Program-made: the position numbers and the translations under genes
NCBI GenBank assembly: GCA_050950505.1
Contig: JBMNHS010000001.1
Span: 544,001-608,000 of the forward strand
DNA: 64,000 bases
Direction of reading: 5' to 3'
Origin: Candidatus Methanomethylophilaceae archaeon
Lineage (GTDB): Archaea; Thermoplasmatota; Thermoplasmata; Methanomassiliicoccales; Methanomethylophilaceae
Notes under the pieces: generated by a model
What the model was told of the DNA's origin: nothing
The model's database searches: none
What the model saw: only the letters and a program-made list of their open reading frames with translations
Shown: positions 46,913 to 57,278 of the stretch, in pieces
Position numbering within the stretch: position 1 is the first letter of the stretch
How the letters are laid out: each line of letters opens with the position of its first letter

Positions 46913-48417
46913 ATATAGACATAAGTTCACTGACTGAAGCATTCGACAGTATCGCTCCGATCTGGCCGATTGTAGTACTGATAATAGGAGCACTGCTGAT
47001 GCCTGCATTCCAGATTCTCTTCAAGAGAAGAAAAGTGACCGCAGGCGCGGCGTTGATATTCGTGGCCGTATCCGCATGTCTCAACGTGCAGATGTTGATT
47101 GACGGTTATACCGGCAATTACCACGGACTGTTTGATTACGATGCGTTCTCCGGATTGATGATTGTCCTGTTCCAGGCGGTCGCCTTCATTACCATATTGA
47201 TGTCTTCCGTCAGCAGAGAAACCACTGTAAAACACGTCGGCGCGTTCTACGCACTGCTGTTGGTGGCAACTTCCGGTATGTGTTTCGTCGCAACCGCAAC
47301 CGACTTGCTGACAATCTTTGTCGGAGTCGAAATGGTAAGCATACCCTCCTACGCCATGGTGGCCCTCAAGAGAAACGACTCCAGAGCTGCCGAGGCCGCG
47401 GTCAAGTACGTCATTGTCGGAGGCCTGTCCTCCGGTTTGACCGTATACGGTATATCCATGCTGTTCGGACTTGCCGGAACCACCAACATACTGGGAATAG
47501 CGGAACACATTGCCGCCACCGGCATTACCGCTGCTTTCGCCATAGCCCTTGCGACGATGATCGCGGGTTACGGATTCAAGATAGCGGCAGTACCGTTCCA
47601 CATGTGGGCTCCCGATGTTTACGAAGGAGCCGCAACGCCGGTATCCGTGTTCCTGTCCACAGGTTCGAAGAAAATGGGCATAGTGGTGTTCATCAAGATC
47701 TTCTTCGTGATGTTCATCGTGATACAGTCGTCCTACAGCGAATTCACCGAAAGCATGCAGTATCTGTTCGCAATCATTGCGGCGGTTACCATGACCGTAG
47801 GCAACGTTGTGGCGATTGCCCAGACGAACGTGAAAAGGATGCTCGCTTACTCATCCATCGCCCAGGCGGGTTACATGTTAATCGCTTTGGCGGTGCTCAG
47901 TGAGTGGGCGCTCACCGGTGCGGTATTCTACATGTTCGCCCACGTCTTCATGAAGGGCGGGGCGTTCATCATAGTCGGCATACTGATTCACGCAGGTGTC
48001 GGAGAAACACTCAAGGACTACAGAGGACTTGCAAAGAGGGCACCCTTGCTTTCCGCATTGATGCTGATCTTCCTGTTCTCTCTTGCAGGAATACCCCCGT
48101 TGGGAGGTTTCACCGCCAAGTTCTTCCTGTTCTCCGCGGCAGTCGTGACAGAACCTACCGGAGTAGTGTCCTCTCAGTGGATCTGGTTGGCCTTTGTGGC
48201 GGTCATCAACTCTGCGATTTCGCTGTACTATTATGCGAAGGTCGTAAAGGCGATGTACATCGAGAAAGGCTCCACGGAAGAAAGGTTCAAGGCACCTTAT
48301 GCGATGACCTTCGCCGCGATACTTTGTGTGTTGGGCGTAATCATCATGGGTGTTTACCCCGGACCCATACTCGACTACTGTGCCCAGGCAGCGTCTGCAA
48401 TAATGTCACTGCTTTGA
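46909..48417 (+). CDS. fpoN: Fpo subunit N (antiporter-like)
   Basis: EAAVKY, FKIAAVPFHMWAPDVYEGA, KRMLAYSSIA, SLAGIPP. Confidence 0.95.
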   Translation: MNIDISSLTEAFDSIAPIWPIVVLIIGALLMPAFQILFKRRKVTAGAALIFVAVSACLNVQMLIDGYTGNYHGLFDYDAFSGLMIVLFQAVAFITILMSSVSRETTVKHVGAFYALLLVATSGMCFVATATDLLTIFVGVEMVSIPSYAMVALKRNDSRAAEAAVKYVIVGGLSSGLTVYGISMLFGLAGTTNILGIAEHIAATGITAAFAIALATMIAGYGFKIAAVPFHMWAPDVYEGAATPVSVFLSTGSKKMGIVVFIKIFFVMFIVIQSSYSEFTESMQYLFAIIAAVTMTVGNVVAIAQTNVKRMLAYSSIAQAGYMLIALAVLSEWALTGAVFYMFAHVFMKGGAFIIVGILIHAGVGETLKDYRGLAKRAPLLSALMLIFLFSLAGIPPLGGFTAKFFLFSAAVVTEPTGVVSSQWIWLAFVAVINSAISLYYYAKVVKAMYIEKGSTEERFKAPYAMTFAAILCVLGVIIMGVYPGPILDYCAQAASAIMSLL

Positions 48418-48440
48418 GCGGAAGGAAAAAACCATTTCAT

Positions 48441-48470
48441 ACCGCCCCTCAGGGGGCGGTTTCAATTTTA
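48441..48470 (+). terminator. Hairpin plus T-rich tract ending the fpo operon
   Basis: ACCGCCCC-TCAG-GGGGCGGT followed by TTCAATTTT. Confidence 0.65.
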
Positions 48471-48544
48471 ATTGCCTTGCTTGTACCCAGTTGCCGTTTT
48501 CGTATTGAAAAGCATTAAGTAGATTACACTCTTCACTCAAAACC

Positions 48545-49510
48545 ATGTCAAACCTTTGGCACGATTGCATATCCAATGAATTGGATGAGGTTGAGCGGAT
48601 CATGAAGGAAGTTCTTTCTTCAGAGAACCCCGAACTCACAGAAATGTGCAATTACGTCATCGAAGCAGGCGGAAAGAGAATCAGGCCTGCGGTATGCATT
48701 CTCGCTTATTATGCATCCGGCGGAAAAGATCCGAAAAGGGCAATCGAAATAGGCGCCGCTTACGAAGTGGTTCACAATGCCACCCTCATACATGATGACA
48801 TAAACGATCAAGGCGAACTCAGAAGAGGCCGCAAAGCCCTCTACAAAGAATATTCCATCAGCAAATCAATTATCGCGGGGGATTTCATGTTCGCCATGGG
48901 ATTCAGGCTCATAGGCGCCACTGCCCCGGACATAGTGGACTTCGTCGTCGATGCTTCCGCGGCAATGAGTTCCGGCGAATTCATTCAGAAAAAATTCGAA
49001 AACAAATCAACGGTGACCGAAGAGGATTATTTCGAAATCATCGAAGGCAAAACCGCTTCTTTGATCTCTTCATCGGCAAAGTCGGGATCGTTCCTTGCCG
49101 GTGCGGATCACGACATCATCGATGCATTCGGCGAATACGCCATGGCTCTGGGAAAAGCATTCCAAATCATCGATGACACTTTGGACATCATCGGTGACAC
49201 CGATACCACCGGAAAGATGGTCGGAGTCGACCTGATCGAAGGAAAACCCACCCTTCCGATTATTTACGCCATGCAGAATTCCGAACACGGACAGAAGATT
49301 AAAGATGTGTTCGAAAAAGAAGAAGTCAGCATGAAATCCGTCGATAAAATCATCCAGCTGATAAAGGAAACGGATTCGATAAAAAGGTGCAGATACAAAG
49401 CCATGGAGATTCTCACCGAAGCGAGAGGGCATCTCGAAGTCATAGAGGATTCCGATTACAAGAAGGCCCTTTTGTCTTTGGGAGACTACATCGTAACAAG
49501 GAATCGGTGA
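48545..49510 (+). CDS. trans-Polyprenyl diphosphate synthase, probably longer than C20 product
   Basis: GGKRIRP, HNATLIHDDIND (FARM), LRRG, GKTA, FQIIDD.LD, D..EGK.TLP. Confidence 0.88.
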   Translation: MSNLWHDCISNELDEVERIMKEVLSSENPELTEMCNYVIEAGGKRIRPAVCILAYYASGGKDPKRAIEIGAAYEVVHNATLIHDDINDQGELRRGRKALYKEYSISKSIIAGDFMFAMGFRLIGATAPDIVDFVVDASAAMSSGEFIQKKFENKSTVTEEDYFEIIEGKTASLISSSAKSGSFLAGADHDIIDAFGEYAMALGKAFQIIDDTLDIIGDTDTTGKMVGVDLIEGKPTLPIIYAMQNSEHGQKIKDVFEKEEVSMKSVDKIIQLIKETDSIKRCRYKAMEILTEARGHLEVIEDSDYKKALLSLGDYIVTRNR

Positions 49511-49514
49511 TTCC

Positions 49515-50603
49515 GTGATCGAGAAAATTGACGTTCTTGTCGTCGGTGCAGGGCCCGCGGGGAGTGTCGCCGCACGTTATGCCGCCGAGAAAGGCGTTTC
49601 TGTAAAACTCATAGAAAGACGGAAAGAAGTGGGGGTTCCGGTAAGATGCGGGGAACTTATACCCAGTATCGAAGAAACTTTGGGTTCTTTTCCCAAAGTC
49701 GAAGACTTGGAAACCACAATGGAGTTTCCGTCGTCCCTGATTGCCAGGGAAATCGAAGGGATGAGATTCAATTCGCCCAAGGGGAAAATCACCGAATTTC
49801 CCTTCACGGGATGTACCGTGGACCGTGACGGATTCGATCGGTATCTTGCGTCAAAAGCTGTCGATGCCGGAGCGGAACTGGTCACCGGTTGCGGTTTCCT
49901 GAGAATAGAAGACGGCAAAGCGGTTACCGAAGACGGTGTCATAGAATACGGAGTCATAATCGGCGCAGACGGTCCGACTTCGAGAGTTTCCAGGGAACTG
50001 GGACTGCCGGCAAACAGAAACCCCTATCCTGCCGTCACCACCATCGCCGAAGGCGACTTTGAACCTGTGATAGAGATGTTCTTCGGAGGCATTGCACCCG
50101 GGGCATACAGTTGGATAATACCCAAATCCGGATGTGCCAATGTGGGCGTGGGATTTGCACCAAAGTTCTCGCAGGGAAAGCCTACCGAATATTTCAAAAA
50201 TTTTTCGGAAAGAATGGGTTTCAAAATAACCGAAGAGATCAAAGGAAAATTCGTTCCCAGCGAAGGACCCATTTCCAACACCGTCACAGAAAACGGAGCG
50301 CTGGTCGGGGACGCTGCGGGACAGGTTGCTTCCGTTAACGGAGGGGGAATTCCCCAGGCGATGATATCGGCCCGTATCTGCGGCACCGTGGCTGCCGACA
50401 ACGTGCTAAACGGAAGATCCCTTCAGGATTACGACCGGGAGTTCAGAAGAGTTATCGGAGGTCCTCTGAAGACCGCCGCCTTCAACAAGAAACTCGCCGA
50501 TGCGCTGGCATTCAAATCGGACAACAGAACGGATCTCTGCATGTCCATACTCGGAAAAAGAAGAATGGCGAATCTGGTCAGATGCAAACGCATTTTTCCC
50601 TGA
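49515..50603 (+). CDS. Geranylgeranyl reductase-family flavoprotein (paralog 2)
   Basis: GAGPAG, G.PVRCGE, GADG, Y.WI.PK, GDAAG...GGGI. Confidence 0.88.
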   Translation: MIEKIDVLVVGAGPAGSVAARYAAEKGVSVKLIERRKEVGVPVRCGELIPSIEETLGSFPKVEDLETTMEFPSSLIAREIEGMRFNSPKGKITEFPFTGCTVDRDGFDRYLASKAVDAGAELVTGCGFLRIEDGKAVTEDGVIEYGVIIGADGPTSRVSRELGLPANRNPYPAVTTIAEGDFEPVIEMFFGGIAPGAYSWIIPKSGCANVGVGFAPKFSQGKPTEYFKNFSERMGFKITEEIKGKFVPSEGPISNTVTENGALVGDAAGQVASVNGGGIPQAMISARICGTVAADNVLNGRSLQDYDREFRRVIGGPLKTAAFNKKLADALAFKSDNRTDLCMSILGKRRMANLVRCKRIFP

Positions 50604-51062
50604 TTATTTTTTTCTGTGAGCCTTTGTTCCGGAACCGCAGATCGGACATTCGTCATAATGTTCTTTGTACCATTTGCCGCATCCGATGCAACGGTAGTTC
50701 CACTTGAATTTTTTTTCAATTCCTTTTGTCCCCACCGGACGGAAGGGAATGCCCATGGATTTTGCGACATTCTGTATGGAATAATCGTCGGAAAGAATCG
50801 TCCCGTTCATGTCCAAAGCCAATGCGAGAACGGATAGGTCCACATCGGACAGCCGCCCGAGATCTCCGGTTCTGCGGGCTTCTTCTTTGACTCTTTTCAT
50901 GGATCCGTCGGTGACGTCCGAGGTTCTCAGCCGATCGTCCCACAACGCGAGTCGGGGATCGTCGTAACGTTTCAGTTCGTCGACCACGCCGGGAGGACAC
51001 AGGAACTCCTCGTCGGGAATCCAATCCATGACAAAGAAGGCGGACGTGTCCAGAATCAACAT
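50604..51062 (-). CDS. nob1: Nob1-like PIN/Zn-ribbon rRNA maturation endonuclease
   Basis: ILDTSAF, TGD...LS..D, SDDYSIQNVA, W.Y.C.GC....CPICGS. Confidence 0.9.
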   Translation of the reverse strand: MLILDTSAFFVMDWIPDEEFLCPPGVVDELKRYDDPRLALWDDRLRTSDVTDGSMKRVKEEARRTGDLGRLSDVDLSVLALALDMNGTILSDDYSIQNVAKSMGIPFRPVGTKGIEKKFKWNYRCIGCGKWYKEHYDECPICGSGTKAHRKK

Positions 51063-51151
51063 GGGTTCTGATTACTCACATAGATTATCTATATTGTCCC
51101 AAATCAAGCAAAGATTAAACAAGGGATACTCAATCCGATTTTTGATATGTT

Positions 51152-51724
51152 ATGGATGCCCGGGGCGTAATCGAAATAATGGTAATAGGATTGTGGGTGT
51201 TTCTTCCCGCGATGTTGCCGAATTCCGCGGCAGTCGTTTTCGGCGGAGGAACCAAAGTCGATTTCGGCAGGTCTTGGAGAGGCAAAAGAATATTCGGAGA
51301 CGGAAAAACATGGAGAGGTCTCTTCGGCGGTGCTTTGTCAGGCATCGTTTTGGGTCTGATTCTGATGGGGATCTCCCATTCTTTCGACCCCAACAACCAC
51401 TGGGGATTCGGTTCTTTCGAACAGGGTGCCCTGATAATCACCACTCTGGCTTTCGGAGCGGTTCTGGGCGATCTTCTGGGCGCGTTCATCAAGAGAAGAA
51501 TGGGTCTCGAGAGAGGGGAAAAGGCACCCTTTCTGGATCAGTACGATTTTGTGTTGGGGGCTTTCCTGCTGACCGCGGTATTCAATCCTCACTGGGTCTA
51601 CGGAACGTATTTTGCCGGATGGCACCTGTCCGCTTTCCTGTTCCTGCTGTTCATAATGTTCGGACTGCACCGCACGGCAAACATAATAGGTTACAAGATG
51701 GGTCTTAAGAAGGAGCCCTGGTGA
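51152..51724 (+). CDS. carS: CDP-archaeol synthase
   Basis: LPA..PN, GDGKTWRG, GDL.G.FIKRR.G..RG...P.LDQ.DF, K.EPW. Confidence 0.92.
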   Translation: MDARGVIEIMVIGLWVFLPAMLPNSAAVVFGGGTKVDFGRSWRGKRIFGDGKTWRGLFGGALSGIVLGLILMGISHSFDPNNHWGFGSFEQGALIITTLAFGAVLGDLLGAFIKRRMGLERGEKAPFLDQYDFVLGAFLLTAVFNPHWVYGTYFAGWHLSAFLFLLFIMFGLHRTANIIGYKMGLKKEPW

Positions 51725-52263
51725 TTCAAATGGAAAAGATATCAAACGCTTTGGCCGAATGCGGCGCACTGAGATTCGGGGATTTCACGTTGGCCTCCGG
51801 CGCAAAAAGTTCGTATTACATAGACATCAAGAAAGCCAGCACAAACCCGGCAGTTCTGAAACTCATCGGAAAGATGATGGCCGGGAAAGTGTCCGAACTC
51901 AATGAAAAGCCGGACCGAATCGCAGGGGTGGTTCTCGGATCAATTCCTTTGGCCACCGCGGTTTCTTTGGAAACCGGAATTCCCTTCATCATGGTGCGAA
52001 AGGAAAAGAAAGATCACGGCACCGGGAAACTGATCGAAGGCGACTTGGAAGAAAACGACAAGGTCCTGGTCGTCGAAGACGTCATCACTACCGCAGGTTC
52101 CGCCGTATCGGCAATCAAACTTATCCGGGAAGCCGGCGGAACCGTCACCGATTTGTTTTCCGTCATAGACCGTCAGAGCGGAGGCGGAGACAACCTTTCG
52201 TCGATAAATGTGAAACTTCATTCCCTCGTAACCGCCGACAAGCTGTTGGAGGGCCGTGAGTGA
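51721..52263 (+). CDS. pyrE: Orotate phosphoribosyltransferase
   Basis: FGDFTLASG..S.YYID, RKE.K.HG, VVEDVITT. Confidence 0.94.
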   Translation: MIQMEKISNALAECGALRFGDFTLASGAKSSYYIDIKKASTNPAVLKLIGKMMAGKVSELNEKPDRIAGVVLGSIPLATAVSLETGIPFIMVRKEKKDHGTGKLIEGDLEENDKVLVVEDVITTAGSAVSAIKLIREAGGTVTDLFSVIDRQSGGGDNLSSINVKLHSLVTADKLLEGRE

Positions 52264-52799
52264 GACCTCCCGAAGACTGTGACCTTTGCCCGCTCAGCGA
52301 AGGCAGGACCAACATCGTAATGCCTCACGGCGACACGGGTTCGGGAATAGTCTTCGTGGGAGAAGCCCCTGGCGAGAAAGAAGATTTTCTGGGCATTCCC
52401 TTTGTGGGAAGGGCCGGGAAGATACTTGACGGGTACATGGAAGAAGAAGGTCTTCAACGTTCGAAGGTCGTGATAACGAACACCGTGAAATGCCGCCCTC
52501 CGGGCAACAGGGATCCCACCGAAGAGGAAATGAAAGCCTGCAGGAGATTCTTGGACTCCGAACTGTCCCGGGCGCGCCTTGTCATAGGGCTGGGAAAATC
52601 CGCCTGCAAAAATCTTCTGGGATATGAGGGAAAAATGGCCGACATCGTGAACAAAAGGACGGTAATAACCGTGAACGGAAAAGAGATACCCTTCATTCCC
52701 ACTTATCATCCGTCCGCCTGCATTTACAACAAAAACGCACGGACGGTGCTGAAAGAAACCATACGGACCGTGAGGGAAGAACTTGAAACTCTGGAATGA
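52260..52799 (+). CDS. udg: Uracil-DNA glycosylase family 4 (Fe-S)
   Basis: CDLCPL, GEAPG, PFVGRAG, KCRPP.NR.P, YHPS. Confidence 0.92.
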   Translation: MRPPEDCDLCPLSEGRTNIVMPHGDTGSGIVFVGEAPGEKEDFLGIPFVGRAGKILDGYMEEEGLQRSKVVITNTVKCRPPGNRDPTEEEMKACRRFLDSELSRARLVIGLGKSACKNLLGYEGKMADIVNKRTVITVNGKEIPFIPTYHPSACIYNKNARTVLKETIRTVREELETLE

Positions 52800-53583
52800 T
52801 GTGTCGGGAGTTCTTCTGGACATGGACGGAACGGTGTATCTGGGAGACAACCCCATAGACGGAGCCGCCGAGTTCATCCGGCGTCTGAAGGATGCGGACA
52901 TCCCTTATGCGTTCATAACGAACAATTCGTCAAACACCCGGAATTACTATTACCAAAGACTGAAAAGAATGGGATTCCCGGCAACCGAAGATTCGGTCAT
53001 AACTTCTGCCGTTGCCGCCGCCGAGTTCATAAAAACCGAACGTGAAAATTCCAAAACATACGTTTTGGCATCTCCGGAAGTGGAAAAGGAACTGATTTCT
53101 TTGGGAGTGGACGTCACCGATGAAAATCCCGATATCGTGCTCCTTACTTTTGACCGGACGATGACTTACGGGAAGCTGAACGACGCGTACCGCATGATTT
53201 CGGACGGGGCGGAATTCATCGCAACCCATCCCGATATGTTCTGTCCGACCGAAGACGGATATGACGTGGACATAGGTCCGTTCATAACGTTGTTGGAATC
53301 GCTGACGGGAACAAAAGCGAAAATAATCGGTAAGCCGGAGCCGCTGATGCTTGAAATGGCATCCCGTTTCCTTAAAATAAATCCGAACAAAGCAGTCATG
53401 ATCGGAGACCGGTTGTACACCGACATAAAAATGGCCGAAGACGCGAACATACGCTCTGTTCTGGTACTGTCCGGAGAGACGTCAAGGGATCAGCTGAACG
53501 GTTCGGATACAAGGTCTACGGCAGTGGCGGATTCCGTTGCCGATATCATGATTCCCGACAAACGGACCTCTGGCCTTTATTAA
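52783..53583 (+). CDS. HAD-superfamily IIA (NagD-like) phosphatase
   Basis: LDMDGT, TNNS, GKP, IGDRLYTDI, VLSG. Confidence 0.9.
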   Translation: MKLWNDVSGVLLDMDGTVYLGDNPIDGAAEFIRRLKDADIPYAFITNNSSNTRNYYYQRLKRMGFPATEDSVITSAVAAAEFIKTERENSKTYVLASPEVEKELISLGVDVTDENPDIVLLTFDRTMTYGKLNDAYRMISDGAEFIATHPDMFCPTEDGYDVDIGPFITLLESLTGTKAKIIGKPEPLMLEMASRFLKINPNKAVMIGDRLYTDIKMAEDANIRSVLVLSGETSRDQLNGSDTRSTAVADSVADIMIPDKRTSGLY

Positions 53584-53588
53584 CGGCA

Positions 53589-53604
53589 TAAACGCGTTTA
53601 AATA
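53589..53604 (+). promoter_or_regulatory. Palindrome TAAACGCGTTTA overlapping the TTTAAATA TATA box of smc
   Basis: 12-bp perfect palindrome at 53589-53600; TATA at 53597-53604. Confidence 0.4.
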
Positions 53605-53689
53605 CCACTGAGTCACTTTATTACTGTTCTGCATAAGAACAAGAAGGGATTCAACAGACACCAGTGTCGAAGTTCCGGGATGGGATGGA

Positions 53690-56600
53690 GTGTACTTAAA
53701 GCAAGTTGAAATGGAAAATTTCAAGTCCTTCGGAGGGCGGTTGACCGTACCTTTGATGGAAGGCTATACTGCGATTACAGGACCGAACGGTTCCGGGAAA
53801 TCCAACATAACAGACGCGATTCTTTTTGTTCTCGGCCCCCGCAGTTCCAAAGCGGTGAGGGCAGGCAGACTTACGGATCTTATTTTCGACGGCGGACGTT
53901 CCAAAAACAAAGCCTCCCACATGACCGTTACCCTTGTTTTCGACAACAAGGACCGGCTGATGCCTTGGGATGACGACATCGTGCGACTGACCCGCGTGGT
54001 CAGATACAACGACGCCCGTACGGATTACTATTCTTACTTTTACATCAACGACCGCAAAGCGACCATGACCGATTTCGACAATCTGCTGACCAAAGCGAGG
54101 ATAAGTGCCGACGGTTACAACCTTGTTCAGCAGGGAGACGTTACGAGGATAGTCTCCATGGGTGTTTTGGACCGAAGACGGATCATAGACGGAATATCCG
54201 GAATCGCCAGTTATGACGCGGACATAGACCGGGCCGCAGGCGAGAAAGAGGAAGCGGAAACGAACCTTGACAGAATAAACATAGTCATGGGGGAGTTGGA
54301 ACTTCAGCTGAAACAACTGGAAAAGGACAGGGAAGACGCCAAAAAATATCTCGAAGCACAGAAAGGTTTGGAGATGTCCAAAGTTCAGCTTCTTCACAGA
54401 CATCTTCAGATCAACAGATCCAATCTGGAAAGTTACAACAATCAGATTCAGAAACTCAGAACGGAAATCCAAGAGCTCAGAGAAAGAAAAGAGTCGGTGA
54501 TTCTGAGATATGAGGAAAACGAATCCGCGATCAAAGCGAAAGAGGCCGAAATAACAGAAAAAGTCGGTCCTGCCTATGCCGAACTGAAGAGAGACATCGA
54601 GGAAGCCAAAATCGGCAGGGCGACCTGCATGGACCGCATATCTTCCGCCGAGGAGGACAACGACGGTCAGAGGCTGCACATCGAACAGCTCGAGGAACGC
54701 ATAAAAGAGAACGAAAATACGATAACGGACACGAACACGCTTCTGTCCGAAGTCACCATCCATCTCGACAAAGCCGAGGAAGAACTGACTTCTCTGAAGA
54801 ATGAAGAGAAAGGAATCAACGACAGACTGTCCGAATCCGGAGGCGAACACGCCGACCTTCAGGAAACACTGAACGGCCTGGAAGAGAAGATAGAGAACAA
54901 AAACAACGAAGTGAACGAGGCCAGCGTCAAAGCCACCACTTCAAAGACCAGGGCGGAGGACGGAGCGGTGGCCCTTGCCGGTCTGGAAGAAGAAATCAAA
55001 TCAATTTCCTTCGAAATCGGAGATGCCAAATGGAGTCTCGGTCAGGCGGAGGAAGAAGCCGGACCTTCCGTTCAGGAATATTCCGACAGAATTCTGAAAG
55101 CGAAAGGCCGGGAACAGGAACTGGAAAAACAGGAAAGGGAACTGAACGAAGCAATCCGCAGGCTTGAAACCAGATACGGGGAACTGTCCGCGGAAAAGAA
55201 AGCTTCCGAAAGATACAATCAGGGCGATGCCGCCATATCCGCCATCATGGCCCTCAGGGACCGGAGGGCGATGGACGGCATTCACGGAACGGTTCAGGAA
55301 CTGGCTTCCGTGGATCCGGAATACGAAACGGCAGTATCCGTTGCCGCCGGCGGAAAAATGCGTGCCGTGGTCGTGGAAAACGACCAAGTGGCCGCGGAAG
55401 CCATCGGCTTCCTGAAAAAGAACAACCTCGGCAGAGTCACGTTCCTGCCCCTCACGAAGATGATGGGCGGAAGGCCGAGAGCAAAAGCGATCATGGCCGC
55501 GGACTCCTCGGAAGGATACGCAATAGATCTTCTCAGATTCGATCCGATGTATCAGAACGTGTTCTGGTACGTGATGGGCGACACTCTGGTAATGAAAAAC
55601 CTGGATACCGCACGTTCCTTAATGGGCGGAGTCAGAATGGTCACCAAACAGGGGGAACTCATAGAGGCCTCGGGTGCTATGGTGGGCGGCACAATCAAAC
55701 AGAACGCTTTGCTGAAGTTCGGCTCGGCTTCCGAATCCGAGTTGGAGGAAGTGGGGACAAAGTTGGGGGAAGCCAACGACGCCATGGCCAAACTCAGACA
55801 GACTCTCGAAGAAATCCGTTCGGAAATCCGCAAACTTGACAATTTGATGCGCGAAGCCGCCACGCAGGGCGTGGAGCAGCAATCCGCGGTCGGTGTGCTG
55901 AAAGCCCGCATAGCCGAGCTTCAAAAGAACAAAGCGGCCAAGGACGAAGAGCTCAGGGAAAAGAAGAAAGAGTGCGATGCCCGGGATGCCGAAGCGAAGG
56001 AAGCGGAAGAGAGAAAGACCGAATTGCTGAACGAATTGGAAAAACTCAGGGAAGACCGGGAAGAAGCGAGGGCCCGTCTTAAAGAGATTGCCCCTTCGGA
56101 CCTGTATGCCGTGCTTCAGAAAATCAGAAACAGACAGTCGGAACTCAATGTTCAAGTCACCAAATGTTCCAGTGAAAAATCCACTTATACGGCCGAGATA
56201 AAGGGTCTGGCAAACCAAACCGAATCTTACAGGGAACAGATTTCCGCTACCGAAAAGAAGATTTCCGAAAACGACCGGCGCATAAAGGAACATGAAGAGC
56301 TCAAGAGCGAGGCCGAAGTGAAACTCGGAGCCCTTCGTTCCATGGAAGAGGAAATGGAGAGCGGAATCTCCGAACTCAGAGACGAGAAAGACGCCCTGGT
56401 GGAAAAGAGATATTCCCTTGAAGGGGAAAAAAACACCATACAGAACGACATGGAACTCAAAGGAGGCCTGGAATCCTCCGCCAATGCTTCCGTGATTTCA
56501 CTCAATGGGGAAATTGAAGCTCTGGAAAAAGAAATTTCGGAATCCCGCATGGAAGTCGAAATGCCCATACCTTCCGAGGAAGAGATAAAACGGGCGATCC

Positions 56601-57277
56601 GTTCCTACGAAGGAATCATGTCCAGAATCGGCAACGTGAATCTGCGTGCCATTGAGGACTACGAAGAAATAAAAGAAAGATACGACGAACTCACCGAGGA
56701 AGTCGGAACCTTGGAAGAGTCCATAAAAGAACTTGACGAACTCACCGAAACCCTGAACGGCCAGAAGAAAGGTCTGTTCATGGAATCTTACGAAGCCATA
56801 GGGGACAATTTCAGAAGGATATATGCTCAGTTGTCCGGGGGCGGAGAGGCCTTCATAGATCTCGAAGACGAAGAGAACCCGTTCAACGGGGGCCTTTTGA
56901 TAAACGCCAAACCGAAGAACGGAAAACTTCTGAGACTCGAAGCGCTGTCCGGCGGGGAGAAATCGCTTACGGCGTTGGCTTTCATATTCGCCATTCAGGA
57001 ACATCAACCGTCCCCCTTCTATGTATTGGACGAAGTGGACATGTTCCTGGACGCGGTGAATGCGGAGATGGTCGCCAAGAGAATCGTGGAAAGCTCCGCA
57101 AAGGCGCAGTTCATACAGGTTTCGCTGAGAAAGGTAACCCTGGCTTTGGCGGATCACCTTATAGGAGTCACAAGACCGCCGTCGGGAATAAGCAAAGTTA
57201 TAATGCAACCCGATTTCGCGGAAGTTTCGAAATTGGAAGAAGAAGTGTTGAAGATACAGGATGCAGCAGAGGGATAA
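53690..57277 (+). CDS. smc: Chromosome segregation protein SMC
   Basis: NFKSF, GPNGSGKSN, long coiled coils, hinge GRVTFLPL, LSGGEKS, LDEVD. Confidence 0.97.
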   Translation: MYLKQVEMENFKSFGGRLTVPLMEGYTAITGPNGSGKSNITDAILFVLGPRSSKAVRAGRLTDLIFDGGRSKNKASHMTVTLVFDNKDRLMPWDDDIVRLTRVVRYNDARTDYYSYFYINDRKATMTDFDNLLTKARISADGYNLVQQGDVTRIVSMGVLDRRRIIDGISGIASYDADIDRAAGEKEEAETNLDRINIVMGELELQLKQLEKDREDAKKYLEAQKGLEMSKVQLLHRHLQINRSNLESYNNQIQKLRTEIQELRERKESVILRYEENESAIKAKEAEITEKVGPAYAELKRDIEEAKIGRATCMDRISSAEEDNDGQRLHIEQLEERIKENENTITDTNTLLSEVTIHLDKAEEELTSLKNEEKGINDRLSESGGEHADLQETLNGLEEKIENKNNEVNEASVKATTSKTRAEDGAVALAGLEEEIKSISFEIGDAKWSLGQAEEEAGPSVQEYSDRILKAKGREQELEKQERELNEAIRRLETRYGELSAEKKASERYNQGDAAISAIMALRDRRAMDGIHGTVQELASVDPEYETAVSVAAGGKMRAVVVENDQVAAEAIGFLKKNNLGRVTFLPLTKMMGGRPRAKAIMAADSSEGYAIDLLRFDPMYQNVFWYVMGDTLVMKNLDTARSLMGGVRMVTKQGELIEASGAMVGGTIKQNALLKFGSASESELEEVGTKLGEANDAMAKLRQTLEEIRSEIRKLDNLMREAATQGVEQQSAVGVLKARIAELQKNKAAKDEELREKKKECDARDAEAKEAEERKTELLNELEKLREDREEARARLKEIAPSDLYAVLQKIRNRQSELNVQVTKCSSEKSTYTAEIKGLANQTESYREQISATEKKISENDRRIKEHEELKSEAEVKLGALRSMEEEMESGISELRDEKDALVEKRYSLEGEKNTIQNDMELKGGLESSANASVISLNGEIEALEKEISESRMEVEMPIPSEEEIKRAIRSYEGIMSRIGNVNLRAIEDYEEIKERYDELTEEVGTLEESIKELDELTETLNGQKKGLFMESYEAIGDNFRRIYAQLSGGGEAFIDLEDEENPFNGGLLINAKPKNGKLLRLEALSGGEKSLTALAFIFAIQEHQPSPFYVLDEVDMFLDAVNAEMVAKRIVESSAKAQFIQVSLRKVTLALADHLIGVTRPPSGISKVIMQPDFAEVSKLEEEVLKIQDAAEG

Positions 57278-57278
57278 T

